In this document: piece by piece, positions 29,128 to 41,624 of the stretch
Numbering within the stretch: the first letter of the stretch is position 1
Layout: each line of letters opens with the position of its first letter
Assembly (NCBI RefSeq): GCF_009914755.1
Contig: NC_060928.1
Reading direction: 5' to 3' (one strand)
Length of the DNA stretch: 64,000 nucleotides
DNA from: the human T2T-CHM13v2.0 reference genome, Homo sapiens
The notes under the pieces: model-generated
Seen by the model: the letters and a program-made list of their open reading frames with translations, nothing else
The model's database searches: none
What the model was told of the DNA's origin: nothing
Position numbers and translations under genes: made by a program

Positions 29128-30049
29128 TATTGGGGCTCAGATTACAATACCCCATAATATGGGTCTTTGACGTACTGAACTATAGAAGCAGCCACTTTCA
29201 CGTTCACATCTCCACTCCCCAGCCCTCCTCTGTTTCTCCCACAGCACAGGATGAGAATACTTTCTTACATTCCATTTACATTCTATTATCTGCCTTAGAA
29301 AGAGACCTGCTAGAGAACACAATTGCCTTTCATCTTTCCCTAAAATTTGATTATCTATGACAGATAGAAGACCTGGGAAAAATGTAACTGCACCTGGATG
29401 AATTTTGTCACAAGTTGGGTTCATTCAAATTTCAAAGAGAATTATTTACAAGATAATGTCTGCCCCATGGGTCGATTCATCTTCTTTAAAATAATTTAAT
29501 GCCCTTCAAATTACTTATTTTCCCCCTCCCCCCTCCCCTCTGAAGAAGGGCATGTAAACATCTGTAACTCTATGGATTATTGGGTTATCATTCTCCCGAA
29601 GTTCCCCTGTGCTTGTGCATGTTAGGAGCTAGACACCATTATCCTCGGCAAACTAACACAAGAACAGAAAACCAAACACCGCATGTTCTTATTTATAAGT
29701 GGGAACTGAACAGTGAGAACACATGGGCACAGGGAGGGGAACAACACACACTGGGGCCTGTCGGGGGGTGGGGTGGGGGGAGGGAGAGCGCTAGGAAAAA
29801 TAGCTAATGCATGCTGGGCTTAATACGTAGGTGATAGGTTGATAGGTGCAGCAAACCACCATGGCACATGCTTACCTATGTAACAAATCTGCGCATCCTG
29901 CACATGTGCCCCAGAACTTAAAAAGAAAAATTTTAAAAAGAAAAATAAATAAATTTGCATGCCTTTTTCTCCTATCAATCTGTTTATTATTACTTCATTT
30001 TTAGTGAACCTTAAGAAGGTAGAGGGGAAACTTTCCCCTGACCCCTACA
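29128..30049 (+). mobile_element. ERV1 MER4-group solo LTR (MER34/MER39/LTR54-like), split by an L1PA fragment
   Basis: T(A)TTGGGGCTCAGATTACAATACCCC start, CTTTCCCCTGACCCCTACA end, perfect 4-bp TSD AGTG. Confidence 0.85.
29625..29950 (+). mobile_element. 5'-truncated L1PA (about PA10-13) 3' end
   Basis: CAAACTAACACAAGAACAGAAAACCAAACACCGCATGTTC ... TAGGAAAAATAGCTAATGCATGCTGGGCTTAATAC ... A-tail. Confidence 0.9.
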
Positions 30050-30074
30050 AGTGCCTATACATATACAGTGTAGA

Positions 30075-30264
30075 CTTGGAAAGTTTGATTAACAGCAAGG
30101 GATTCAATGTGTCCAATGTGGCTGGATTAGGATACAAAGTGTGATAAAGGCCGGAAATGGGGGAATTGTACCTATGGACAGGTATAAGATCAGGTGGGGT
30201 CTTGTCTGCTATAATACATAAAATAGAGGATCTTATTAGATGAGGTATCCCAGCATTTATTTGC
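30075..30264 (+). repeat. Templated copy of 28399-28588
   Basis: 181/190 identity, same orientation, offset 1,676 bp. Confidence 0.95.
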
Positions 30265-31238
30265 TATAGACTATATATACACTATATATATAGAGATCTA
30301 TATCTATATATAGATCTATATAGAGAGAGATCTATATAGATATAGATCTATATCTATATAGAGAGAGATCTATATAGATATAGATCTCTATATATATCTC
30401 TATAGAAGATCTATATATAGATATCTATATTTCTATAGATCTATTTGTAGATATCTATATATCTATAGATATAGATCTAGATATCTATATATAGATATCT
30501 ATATATGTATATAGATAAGATAGATAGATAGATAGATATATAGATAGATATCTATATATATCTATATATAGAAAGATCTAGATATATCTATAATATAGAT
30601 ATAGATATAGATATATGTCTATATATAGTCTATAGTCTACTATATATAGTATATATAGTATATCTATAGTATATATAGTATAGACTATATATAGTATATA
30701 TAGTATAGACTATATATAGTATATATAGTATAGACTATATATAGTATATATAGTATAGACTATATATAGTATATATAGTATAGACTATATATAGTATATA
30801 TAGTATAGACTATATATAGTATATATAGTATATATAGTATAGACTATATATAGTATATATAGTATAGACTATATATAGTATATATAGTATAGACTATATA
30901 TAGTATATATAGTATAGACTATATATAGTATATATAGTATATATAGTATAGACTATATATAGTATATATAGTATAGACTATATATAGTATATATAGTATA
31001 GACTATATATAGTATATATAGTATAGACTATAGTATATATAGTATAGACTATAGTATATATAGTATATATAGTATAGACTATAAATATAGTGTATATATA
31101 GTATAGACCATATATAGATATAGTCTATACTATATATATACTATATATATAGTCTATACTATATATGTACTATATATATAGTCTATACTATATATGTACT
31201 ATATATATAGTCTATAGACTATATAGTCTGTATAGTCT
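30265..31238. repeat. AT-rich palindromic array: AGATCT/GATATC-rich block, a 25-bp minisatellite, then inverted units
   Basis: Unit GTATAGACTATATATAGTATATATA tandemly ~30678-31100; reverse-complement units (TAGTCTATACTATATA) ~31118-31238. Confidence 0.95.
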
Positions 31239-31243
31239 GAAAC

Positions 31244-31322
31244 ACAACATCTGAATCTTTGTTAGTTGAGTCATGTTAATGGTGTAGGGCAGAATTTCTC
31301 AATAAATGGGTTAATTTAATCA
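31244..31322 (+). repeat. Templated copy of 32243-32321
   Basis: 75/79 identity, same orientation, offset 999 bp. Confidence 0.95.
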
Positions 31323-31339
31323 CACTATATAGTCTATAG

Positions 31340-31370
<31 letters not shown>

Positions 31371-31569
31371 TTTACAATGTTACATATTCAAAAAAGTTCC
31401 ATGATCTCATTTCTTTATCACAAATATTTAGTAATTAATTAATAGTTCACACACACAAAAGACCCCTGATAAAAGCACACCTATTTTTCTAATGATCATG
31501 TAGGTTGTTCATTGTTTCCTTCTATAACAAATAAAATTATTTTTAAAAGTTACTCCTATGATGATCCCA

Positions 31570-31970
31570 GTTTTCTGCCTAGTTTCCAGACTGCCATACA
31601 AGAAAGGGAAACCAAAGCAAAGCCAGATGATGCCCCTGCTGTTAAAGAGTGTTACTTAGAAATCCAGGGAAGCTATGATGGTCAGAGTCTGAAGGGCACA
31701 GTACAGGGGAAGAGAGAACTGCACATAAAGATAACTACAGAGATATGCAGGAGGTTCCCCTTGAGTATTCAGTGGAGAACTTGACATCACATGCATGTGA
31801 AAAAACTACCTGAAGGCAGGGAAAGAGCCACACCAAAGAATCAAGGGAATAGCGCTGGCTGGAACTTCACATAGGCAAGGTTGGAAAACTTCCTAATTGA
31901 GAGGGCATCAGAGTACTACGAGATACTACCTCATTAGTAGGGAAGATTTATCTCAGGCTAAGGATTCCAT
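31570..31970 (+). mobile_element. Ancient L1 (L1MC/MD-type) 5'-region fragment
   Basis: GAGATATGCAGGAGGTTCCCCTTGAGTATTCAG..CATGCATGTGAAAAAACTACCTGA resembles L1MC/MD 5' ends. Confidence 0.55.
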
Positions 31971-32287
31971 TTATTCCCAATTCCAGTTATCTCTACACAT
32001 CAACTTGGTGGTTATGTACAAAAGCAAACCTTTTTTACAATAATGAGAAAAACTACATTAATGAACTTTATTTACCCAGGACATAACCTAAAGAAGTGAT
32101 TCCTTGACCCTTCATTTATGTCTGTCATCAACCAAAATTAATTTGTTTGTGTTTCAGGGGGTAGAGGGGTAGAGAAAAGGAGAACAATACAGAACTCAGG
32201 TTGAGTCTGCTGTATTTATTCTCCAAGGAATTCAACTAAGAAACAACATCTGAATCTTTGTTAGTTGAGTCATGTTAATGGTCTAGG

Positions 32288-32462
32288 GCAGCACTTCTCA
32301 ATAAATGGGTTCATTTAATCATAGAAATCATTAAAGGATCTTGTTAAAATACAGGTTTAGATACTGTGGGTCTGAGGTGAGAACTGAGATTTTGCTTTTC
32401 TCAACTAGCTCCTGAATGTTATGGATGCTACCAGTCCCCAGACCACACTTGGAGTGTCAAGG
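32288..32462. mobile_element. MER5-type hAT MITE
   Basis: CAGCACTTCTCAA start, CTTGTTAAAATACAG, GGTCTGAGGTGAGAACTGAGA, GACCACACTTGGAG end, TCTAG-like flanks. Confidence 0.7.
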
Positions 32463-33221
32463 ATCTAGAGGTGATGTCCACGAACTATTGTGGAGATATT
32501 GCGAACAGTTTGGTTTCCTACATTAGCTAGAAGTTGGATGATCTTTGTTATGTGAAATGCCCCCACACATAGAAACACATAGCCTCGCACTCACATATAT
32601 GCACTCACATCCCTAACTACTTTAGTGTCAAGCTAAACAGCTATGGAGCAATATACTTAAAAGCAGAGAGATTATTCATATAATTTTTCTTTTTACTTTC
32701 ACATTTTGAAGAATGCTGATTGCATGGTAAAATCAACTTTTATTGATTCATTGTAGATTAAAAAATTTAAAAGGCAGACATCAGGGATATTATATGAATT
32801 GGCAAGAATTGTTTCCTAGCAATCAATTGTGCTTGTTAGCTTTCAATAACAGTGCAGTCTCTAATTGGCAGAATCGATGTTCTTGGCAAAGATAAATAGT
32901 CCTGAACTTTATTGCTTTAATGTTTGCCAGATACAATTTCTAATTTTCAAAAGGTAACATGAAATAAATATATGGTTCTCAAATTTAGAGGGCTGATACT
33001 ACCATATGTAGCATTTTCCAAGATCTCTTTCAATATACTGGATTAAAGGAGCTCTCGTTTTATATTCATTGCTTGTTATTTTCATTGTAAATATACAGCC
33101 AAGATATTCCAGCCCCAGGGCAGCTATCAAGGGTGGCAGTTAGGAGGGTTCAAGCAGCCACATCTCCATTCTGACCTTACATAAAGCAGCTAACATATCT
33201 AGATAATAAGGAACTGATGCA

Positions 33222-33800
33222 TGCATTAATAGGTACCCAGGATTTGTTTTATTCAGGTGTGGTGAGGAAACAGACATAGAGGCAACTGACTTTGAAAGGG
33301 GAGGTTATTAATTACAGCTCCCAAGAGAAGAGGGTGTGCCATACCATGTGGTGACACATGGTGAAGTTCCAGGCTTAGTCAGGAGGCAGAAGGAGTTAAG
33401 TAGAAAGCATAATCCAGGGCCTTTATTGTGGTTTTCCTGGGAAAGAATGAGTGAGGCAAGTTTGAGCAAATTTAAGATTGGATAGTTTGACTTTCTTAGG
33501 GCTCTGGGATATAGCGATGGTTTTCAGTGGTCCCATATTTGGCCCTAGGGTGATTTAGTACAGGGAGAATATTGGCTTGGGATCTGACAGTCAGATAAAG
33601 GAGAAGGTTGAGGATAAATTCTGTGGATTTGTTCATTTGCATATGAAAGGAATGCTAGTAGGCAAGTCATTTATTATCTTTAGGAATTAGCTAACCTGGG
33701 AGAGCCGCAGTTTCTCCCAGAATGGGCAGCAAGGCTCCAGGTAGACCTCTGGAAGTCACAGCATGATAAAATACAGGCAGTAAAAAACAGGATTAATACA
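33222..33800. mobile_element. ERVL-class solo LTR (MER76-like)
   Basis: Inverted termini TGCATTAAT...ATTAATACA, TSD ATGCA/ATACA, internal CCCAAGAGAAGAGGG and GTCAGGAGGCAGAAGGAG. Confidence 0.7.
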
Positions 33801-33956
33801 ATACATTAATGAGAAAGAACAAATCTTGCCTAACCTCAGCTACTTATTCTCCAATATCAGTGAAATGGGTTGTGACCTCAGAAGTTAACTTCATCCACAG
33901 ATGATTTTGCAGCTGTCAGGACAAACACAAAGCTTCCCTGAATTGAGTTTTATTGC

Positions 33957-34260
<304 letters not shown>

Positions 34261-34564
34261 TTATTATTTTATATCTAGGCAAATAATCTTTTTCTCTGAT
34301 AAAATCAGAAATGCTATTACTTTTTATGCAATTTTCTTCATGTGTCTATAGAAAGAAAGGTAACTCATATTCTTCAGCTCACGTTCAACTATTTCTTTAA
34401 ATTATTATTTTCTTTCATAAACTTAAATTCAAAAGACAGAAAGCAGAAGAAAAAAATAAATCAAAGTTTTTGTTCTATCCTAGGAGAAGGCTATTGCATG
34501 TGAAAGAAGCCTTTTTTTATGGGTAGCTCTAGGTCCTAAAAGAAAACTCATCTTTTTTTCTCAG

Positions 34565-34672
34565 TTTTTTATCGATACATAATTACTGTGCCTATTTACA
34601 GGGTACATGTGATATTTTGTTACATGCATATAATGTGTAATAATCAAATCAGGGTAATTAGTATATTTGTCA
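34565..34672 (-). mobile_element. L1MA 3'-end fragment cut by the MER57 LTR
   Basis: GGGTACATGTGATATTTTGTTACATGCATATAATGTGTAATAATCAAATCAGGGTAATT. Confidence 0.75.
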
Positions 34673-35071
34673 TGTTACAGAAAAAGTTTAGGCAAATTAA
34701 ATTTTACAGCATTTAATTGAGCAAAGAATAATTGCCAAGTTGGGCGACGTGCTTTAACCTGAATAGTTTCAAGAGAGACACCAGTCTTGCTGCATAGTCA
34801 GAAAAGATTATGGGCAAAAAAGGAAAGTGACATACAGAAAATGGAAGGGAGGTACAGAAACAGTTGGATTGGTTACAGTTTAGTTTTTGCCTTATTTGAA
34901 CACAATTTTAACAGTTGGCTGCCTTGATTGGCTGAAACTCAATGACTGGTACAAGAGTTGGTTAGTCTGTTTACATGTCTAGTTAGGTTACAGTTCACTA
35001 TGTACAAAGAAACCTTTGGGAGAGACTTAAAATATGTACAGAAGCAGCTTTAGGCTAAACTTAATTTAACA
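34673..35071 (-). mobile_element. MER57-family ERV1 LTR (3' LTR of a truncated provirus)
   Basis: Minus strand begins TGTTAAATTAAGTTTAGCCTAAAGCTGC and carries two CCAAT boxes; internal sequence abuts its 5' side. Confidence 0.9.
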
Positions 35072-37116
35072 ATTGCCCATTAAAAACTTTAGGCATTAAT
35101 GTCACTCTGTCACCATCGTAAATGTAATTAACTGGCCACAAATCCCACTGGGAAACAGCAGAACAAAGATGAGGGTAAGGTCTTCAGGTTACTCATTTGT
35201 AAAGATTAAAGCAGAGGTGACCTTCTTATGCTAGAATCACCTGTTTTCAGAAGAGAGACAAAAAACAAAAACAAAAACAAGCAAACAAACAAACAAACAA
35301 AAAACTGCTCTGTCTTGCAATCTATCTGCTTCCTTAAAGTATTAGTTTGATTAAATCACATGTAACATAAGTGACTCCATTTTGGTTTGACCTGGTCTGG
35401 TATTTTGGGTCCTAGTGCTCAGTCCAAATCAATGGCCTTCCATAATTTTGTTTAACACTTCCCTCCTTTTGATCAAGTTCTCACTTAGGTGAGAGTGTGA
35501 CCAAAACTTAGAGCTTTAGCACTACTCTCGGTTACCATCATTTTGGGTTACCAGTCTCAGCATGTCATTTGTAGGTTACAGAGTCCTCATGACCATGCAT
35601 TTCTTCAAGATTTAGTCATTTCAGTCAAAAATAAACCACATGACATTTTATTGATGGCTTCATGCAGACATTTAAAACCTGAAAGACTACAGTGCACCAG
35701 GGAGACTATTGTTATGACTATCAGGAGGACAATACCAACAGCTTGCAGTATGCTCCTTAGCCAAGGTACCCATGAAACAAACCAACTTAAAATTAAATAG
35801 ATCAAAGAATGTGCTAAACTGTCAATGCATTTCAACCAAGCAGCCTGTTCGTTAATCTCCTACAACTCAGTCTCTATAAGACCTGATGTATTCATCCATG
35901 TACAACAAGAGGTGTCACAAACTGAACAGATTCTTCTCTTTTCAGCCAGTAAGTAATCTAGAGCAATTCTATTATCTATCTAAAAACAGAGTTTTTAAAA
36001 GTATGTTGTGAAACTATAGTCTTTGCAGTAGAATCTGCTATAGAGCCTTTTATGAGGGACACATTTCTTACAATCGCCTTACTTACTATAAACAATGGAA
36101 AAAGGGACCTACAAAATCATGCCCGCCCAGAAGGGTGAAGTCCTCCTTGAAAAGTTCTCTTTCATCTATGATGTATATTATGAGGAATTAGTCAATGTTC
36201 TGTTTCTGACTATGAAGCAGCAAAGGTACCATTAAAATTTCTTACCCACATTGGTCCTTTATCTTCCTTCTTTCAAGGCATAAGTTTGCTCATGCATAAG
36301 GCGTAAGGTTGGCTGTGAAATCCTCCACAAATAAAATATACTCCATAGCTGCACTCAAGTCCCCTTTTACAGCTCTGTTGTTCATAGAGGCATAAGTAAA
36401 GAAAAAAATTAAGAGAAGTAAACGTTTTCTAATAGCAGAGAAGTCTTAATCCGGGATCTTGAGAAAGTAGACTAAGTCTATGATACCACTGGCATCTGGG
36501 AAGAAACTTTCCTGGTTAGCTTTACCTTAAGGTTTTCAATGTGTATGCAGTTCCAAGAGTCTACAGGGACCCTTCTGGTTGTGAAATTAGGAACCCAACG
36601 TCCAAGATTCCAAAATTTGGCTGCAGGGTGGGTGGCAAGGGCAGTCTTTCTCTAACGTAATTTCCAGAAGACAAAATCTCTGCGTTCTAGATGATGAAGG
36701 ATTTGATTGTCCTCAGTCCTTTACTTCACCAGGTACACTTTGGCATAAAACATTGAAGTCTTTCAGAATTTAGTCATGTTAGCATTTAGGAGCAGAGAAT
36801 ACAAACGGTTCTATTATTAGGGACTGAGGCCTTCCAGTGACTATTTTATAGGTGGTTAACGTACGTTTTTTCATGGGAAGAGGATCTGAATGTCAATTTG
36901 TAATACGCCTGACCAACGATACCCAGTTGATTCAGTTAGCTTTGCTTCATGTTATTGTATCTGTAATACCTTATTTAATAGTTTTATAACTTGTCTAGTG
37001 AAACAATCACCTTATTACTGGAGATTTCTCCAGGAATTCCCCATGAGAGAAACACATTTTCTAATAACCTGTTAGCTAGAATTACAGTATCTGCCTTCTT
37101 GCCTGGGAAAACTTGC
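35072..37116 (-). mobile_element. MER57-int-type ERV internal remnant (integrase + env)
   Basis: Hand translation of the minus strand: QVFPGKKADTVILANRLLENVFLSWGIPGEIS (integrase core, ~37115-37021) and an env TM at 35976-35605. Confidence 0.85.
35605..35976 (-). pseudogene. Decayed gamma-type ERV env transmembrane subunit
   Basis: DNRIALDYLLAE (immunosuppressive domain), CSVCDTSCC (CX6CC), one TAG at 35860-35862, then hydrophobic WLRSILQAVGIVLLIVITIVSLV in the same frame. Confidence 0.88.
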
Positions 37117-38716
37117 AGGGGAAAAGTCCAAATTTTGTAATCTCTTTTGGTTCAAAATGCATTTCCATAACTATATTAGACTTCATGATCATTTAAATAT
37201 TTCAATTACCTCTATATTACCATCTTTTTGACTTTTAAATTCTCTCTCTTCTGCTTACAAGTTTAGTTTTATCCTGCCATCTCCATCATTTCTCACAGGC
37301 ATGCTTTCTGCTCTTTCTTTTTATCTACTTCTATGTCCTTTTTCTTTGTCTTCTTGTCCCTGTGTTATTAACACCATATTCTAGTTTACTTAATTTTGGA
37401 ATGTTCCACTCTGCTTTAGCATGTCATTAACTTTAGAACATTTCAAATGTGTCCATGTAACTGAAATCTCATCCTTATGCAAAACTAGTCAAGGAACAGT
37501 ATATAGTAACTATAAAGATTCAAGAAAATCTGCATACTGATACAGAAAATACCAATAACATACTAGGTTTATAAAACAAGTTGAAATCTACTATGAAAAA
37601 TATAATCTGATATATTTTAAAGTATTTAACGATAAAAAAAGTAAAATCTATGTTTCGTATGTGTACAAAAAATAACATATATCCACCAACTAATTAAAAT
37701 GTCATCTTATAGGCTCAAATCCTAATGGGGAATGAAGGGATTTATTAATCACTGAAAAAAATAATTATTCAATCAATCAGTAATCATTTCTAATTATATG
37801 TGTGTGTATGCATGTAGTTTTTAAAATTAGGCACATTTTAAATAATTTCTATAGAAGACTGTGAGGCTAAATCTTCAAAAACTAAATAAACACCACCTTT
37901 GTGGAAACTGAATCTTCCAGTTATTATTATAGCTATAAGTCACTAAAGGTAAACTCTCAAAGTAATACCTCTTAAAACCTTCCAATAATCTAATATTTTT
38001 TGCTCTGCTTATGGCTGACACAACATTTGCATTGCTAATAAACATGCTTAATAAAATGACATTTTAAGTTGTTTATTAATAGCACATCTTCCTGCTTCTA
38101 CAAAGCTCTTTCAGCATGTAGTTAGGCTGTATTTTGCAAAGGCTTTAATTCATTTTTGGTGTATCTAATTCCAAGAAAATAAAAAATTTTAGTATTTTGT
38201 TTGAAAGTTTTTCTATATACCATCAAAATACAAATGTATTTATCTATTCAGCTAGTATTGTTTCTACTACTTAGAGCAATTTCAACTAAAAAGGATACTA
38301 TGCTATATCCCTGATGTTTTGGATCTTATAAATGATGTTAAACAAAAGTATACAGTGACTAGACACATAAACAAGATAAAGTTAAGTAATAATAATATTA
38401 TGAAGAAAATAAAATAAAGATTTGATAGATGTGGTCTGGGATTGGAACGAGTACAAAAGTAGATTCTCTAGCCAGGGAATCTCAGTGGAATAGTATATGA
38501 TGGGGAGACAACAAGGGCTAAGCCATATAATGATTGCGGATGTTAATCAGGATTTTGGAAACAAGGGAGCTAGAAAGTCTTTGAACTGTTTTTTAAAAGT
38601 GTGGTAATTTTTTATGTCTTTAAAAAGAAAATATTGATTATTGTTTGGAGAATGGATTTCAGAGTGGAATAAAGAAAGGAAAGCCACAAGTTAAGAGGTA
38701 ATTGCTACGCCCCTCC

Positions 38717-39273
38717 TGTGATGGTTAATACTGAGTGTCAACTTGATTGGATTGAAGGATGGAAAGTATTGTTCTTGAGTGTGTCTGTGAGGGTGTTGCC
38801 AAAGGAGATTAACATTTGAGTCAGTGGACTGGGAGAGGCAGACCCACCCTCAGTCTGGGTGAGCACCACCTAGTCAGCTGCCAGTAAGGCTAGAATAAAG
38901 CAGGCAGAGGAACATGGAAGGACTAGACTGGCTGAGTCTTCTGGCCTCCATCTTTCTCCTGTGCTGGATTTCCTGCCCTCAAACATTGGAATCCCAAGAT
39001 CTTCAGTTTTTGGACTCTTGGACCTACACAATGGTTTACCAGGGGCTTTGGGGCCTTCAGCCACAGACTGAAGGCTGCACTGTTGGCTTCCCTACTTGTA
39101 AGGTTTTCCTACTTATAAGGTTTTGGGACTCGAACTGGCTCCCTTGCTCCTCAGCTTGCAGATGGCCTATTGTGAGACTTCATCCTGTGATCATGTGAGC
39201 CAACACTCAATAAACTCCCCTTCACATATACATCTATCCTATTAGTTTTGCCTCTCCAGAGAACCCTAATACA
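38717..39273 (+). mobile_element. MLT2A (HERV-L) solo LTR, length fits MLT2A2
   Basis: TGTGATGGTTAATACTGAGTGTCAACTTGATTGGATTGAAGGAT ... AATAAACTCCCC ... GAGAACCCTAATACA. Confidence 0.92.
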
Positions 39274-41624
39274 CCTGGTATAGAAGACAATCAAATTTTC
39301 TGTCAAACAAAAGCTCTTGAGGACTCTGGAGACTTAACAAAGGCAAATCTTGATTTTGAAAGGGAATCAAAATGTAAGGAAAATGATTGGTTCAAAGTTC
39401 ACCAATTTTTTTGAGGTGATGTTCTGTGTTCATGTGAAGTCATCACAGTGGCAATATTGCTGGGATGCCTAATACTATGATAGAATGCGAAGGAATGAGG
39501 ATGAAACACCTGGGTGATTAGGTTTCCTGAGAAAGGGAAATTACTGCTAGGAGAGACCGGAAACTCAAATCCCTGTGCTTAAACTCATACCAATTTCCTG
39601 GCTAATTCTGGGAACCATGCATATGAGGCAAACTGAAAGCAGCATATGCCTAATGCTAAACAAAGTTAACAAAGATGTGAGCTAGCACCTACCGCGGATA
39701 TGACTGATTTCAGTTTTAATGTAACCAAATTTACTGCCTGCTAAACAAAAAAACCTTCATAATAATATTTAAAAAAACCTAGAGTGTCTACAATGTAATA
39801 TTATTACTCAAAATAGAAAGAGACAGAAAAATGTCACCTGGATTTAGGGAAAAAAATAATAATCGGAAGTCAATGTAAAATGATCTTGATATTGGAATTA
39901 TCAGGAAAGAATGACAAAATGGCCATTTAAACAATGGTTTGTCAGAAAATGGTGAAAATGTGCTCAATGAAATAAAAAATATAAAATCTCAGCACAAATA
40001 GAAAATATAAAAAATAAAAATGGAAGTTTACATACTGAAAAATGGAATATCTAAAATAAATCACTAAATGGCCTTACTACCAGAAAGAAAATAACAGTGG
40101 GAAGAGTCAGTGAATGTGAACATAAATTATTAGAAGTAATCTAATTTTAAAAAGAGAAATAAAAAATATTTTTTAGAAAAGGACAAGGAGAGCCTTAGTG
40201 AGCTATGCAATGCCTTTAAAAGGATAGTTAGACTTCCAAAGGAGAAGAGAAGTAGAGTGGATAGAAAAAACTGGTTAAGTAATGACAAAGAGCTTGTTAA
40301 AATTGATGAAAGATGCAAATTTACAGATACAAGAAGGCTAGTGAATATCAAAAAGAATAAATTCAAATCAATCCATTACTAGTAAAATAATAGACACACT
40401 GAAAAATCAGAGACCAAAGTTAGAGAGAAAATCTTGAGAACAACCAAGGAAAAACAAGTAAACAACTATTCAAATGACTTGGATCTTCTCAACAAAATCA
40501 TAGAGGTCAAAAAAAAAAAAAAAAAAGGAACAAAACCAAAAAACCAGAATAGCATATTTCAAGTTTTGAGAGAGGGAAAAAGAAATAAAATTCTATATAC
40601 TCTAAGTAATTTCCTTTTAGAATAAATGTAAAAATGTTTTTAGATTAAAAAACTAAATGGATATATCTTTAGTAAAAGTGAAAAACATAAAATGCTAATA
40701 GAAATTATTTAGGCTGAAGGGAAATGATAGTCAAACATTGGATCTTTATGAACACTTAATCAATGGAAATAGTAAATATATGGTACATTTTAAAAGATTA
40801 TTTTCTTAAGAAATCCTATGACCACTTAAAAGAATATTTATAATTATTTTGTGGGATTTATGTTGTATATAAATGAAATACATATAAAATTATAGCATAA
40901 ATGGATGGTAGGGTTATAAACCAATATGGGTTTTAAGGTTCCTACATTTTTATTTGAACTGGTACATAATAATTTCTAAGTGGGTTTTACAAAGATTAAG
41001 AATGTGTATTGTAATTTTGGTGCAACAATTAAAAACATAATAAAAAGCAATATAGATACAAAGCCAGTTGTTAAATTAAATTCCATCAAAGAATATAAAA
41101 GCTTCAAAAGAAGTCGAGCAAAGGGAAGAAAGAAACTAAGTGTGTGAGGGGAGAAAATGGTAAACAAATAACAAGACGATAGATCTAAATCTAATTATAT
41201 CAAATATATTAAGTATTAATAGACGTAACACTTCAACTCAAAGGGGAAAATCATCAGAATGGATAAAAAGTAGAACCAAACTACCTGCTGTCTATGCAAG
41301 ACACACTTGAAATGTAAAAACAGATAAATAGAAAATGGATGAAAATGTTCTAACATGCAAAAGTATAAGAAGGCTGGGGTGGCTATTTTAATATCAAATT
41401 AAATCAACATTAGGATCAAGAGTATTATCAAAGAGAGAGAGGCTTTTTCATAATGATATGAGGGTAAAATTACCAGAAATATACAATAAAAATGGATAAA
41501 TGTCTAACAGTCTCAAAAGCATAATATCTACATTTTCTAAATTTGAAGAGGATATAAACATTTTAACAATCAGAGGTTGAGATTTTTATGCCCTTTTCTC
41601 AGCACTTGGTAAAACAATTAGGCA

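Noticed and set aside
30054-31368. CRISPR-like look (repeats interleaved with captured unique DNA)
   Set aside because: Eukaryotic context, head-to-tail repeats with no regular spacers, no cas genes; the two captured pieces come from adjacent DNA.
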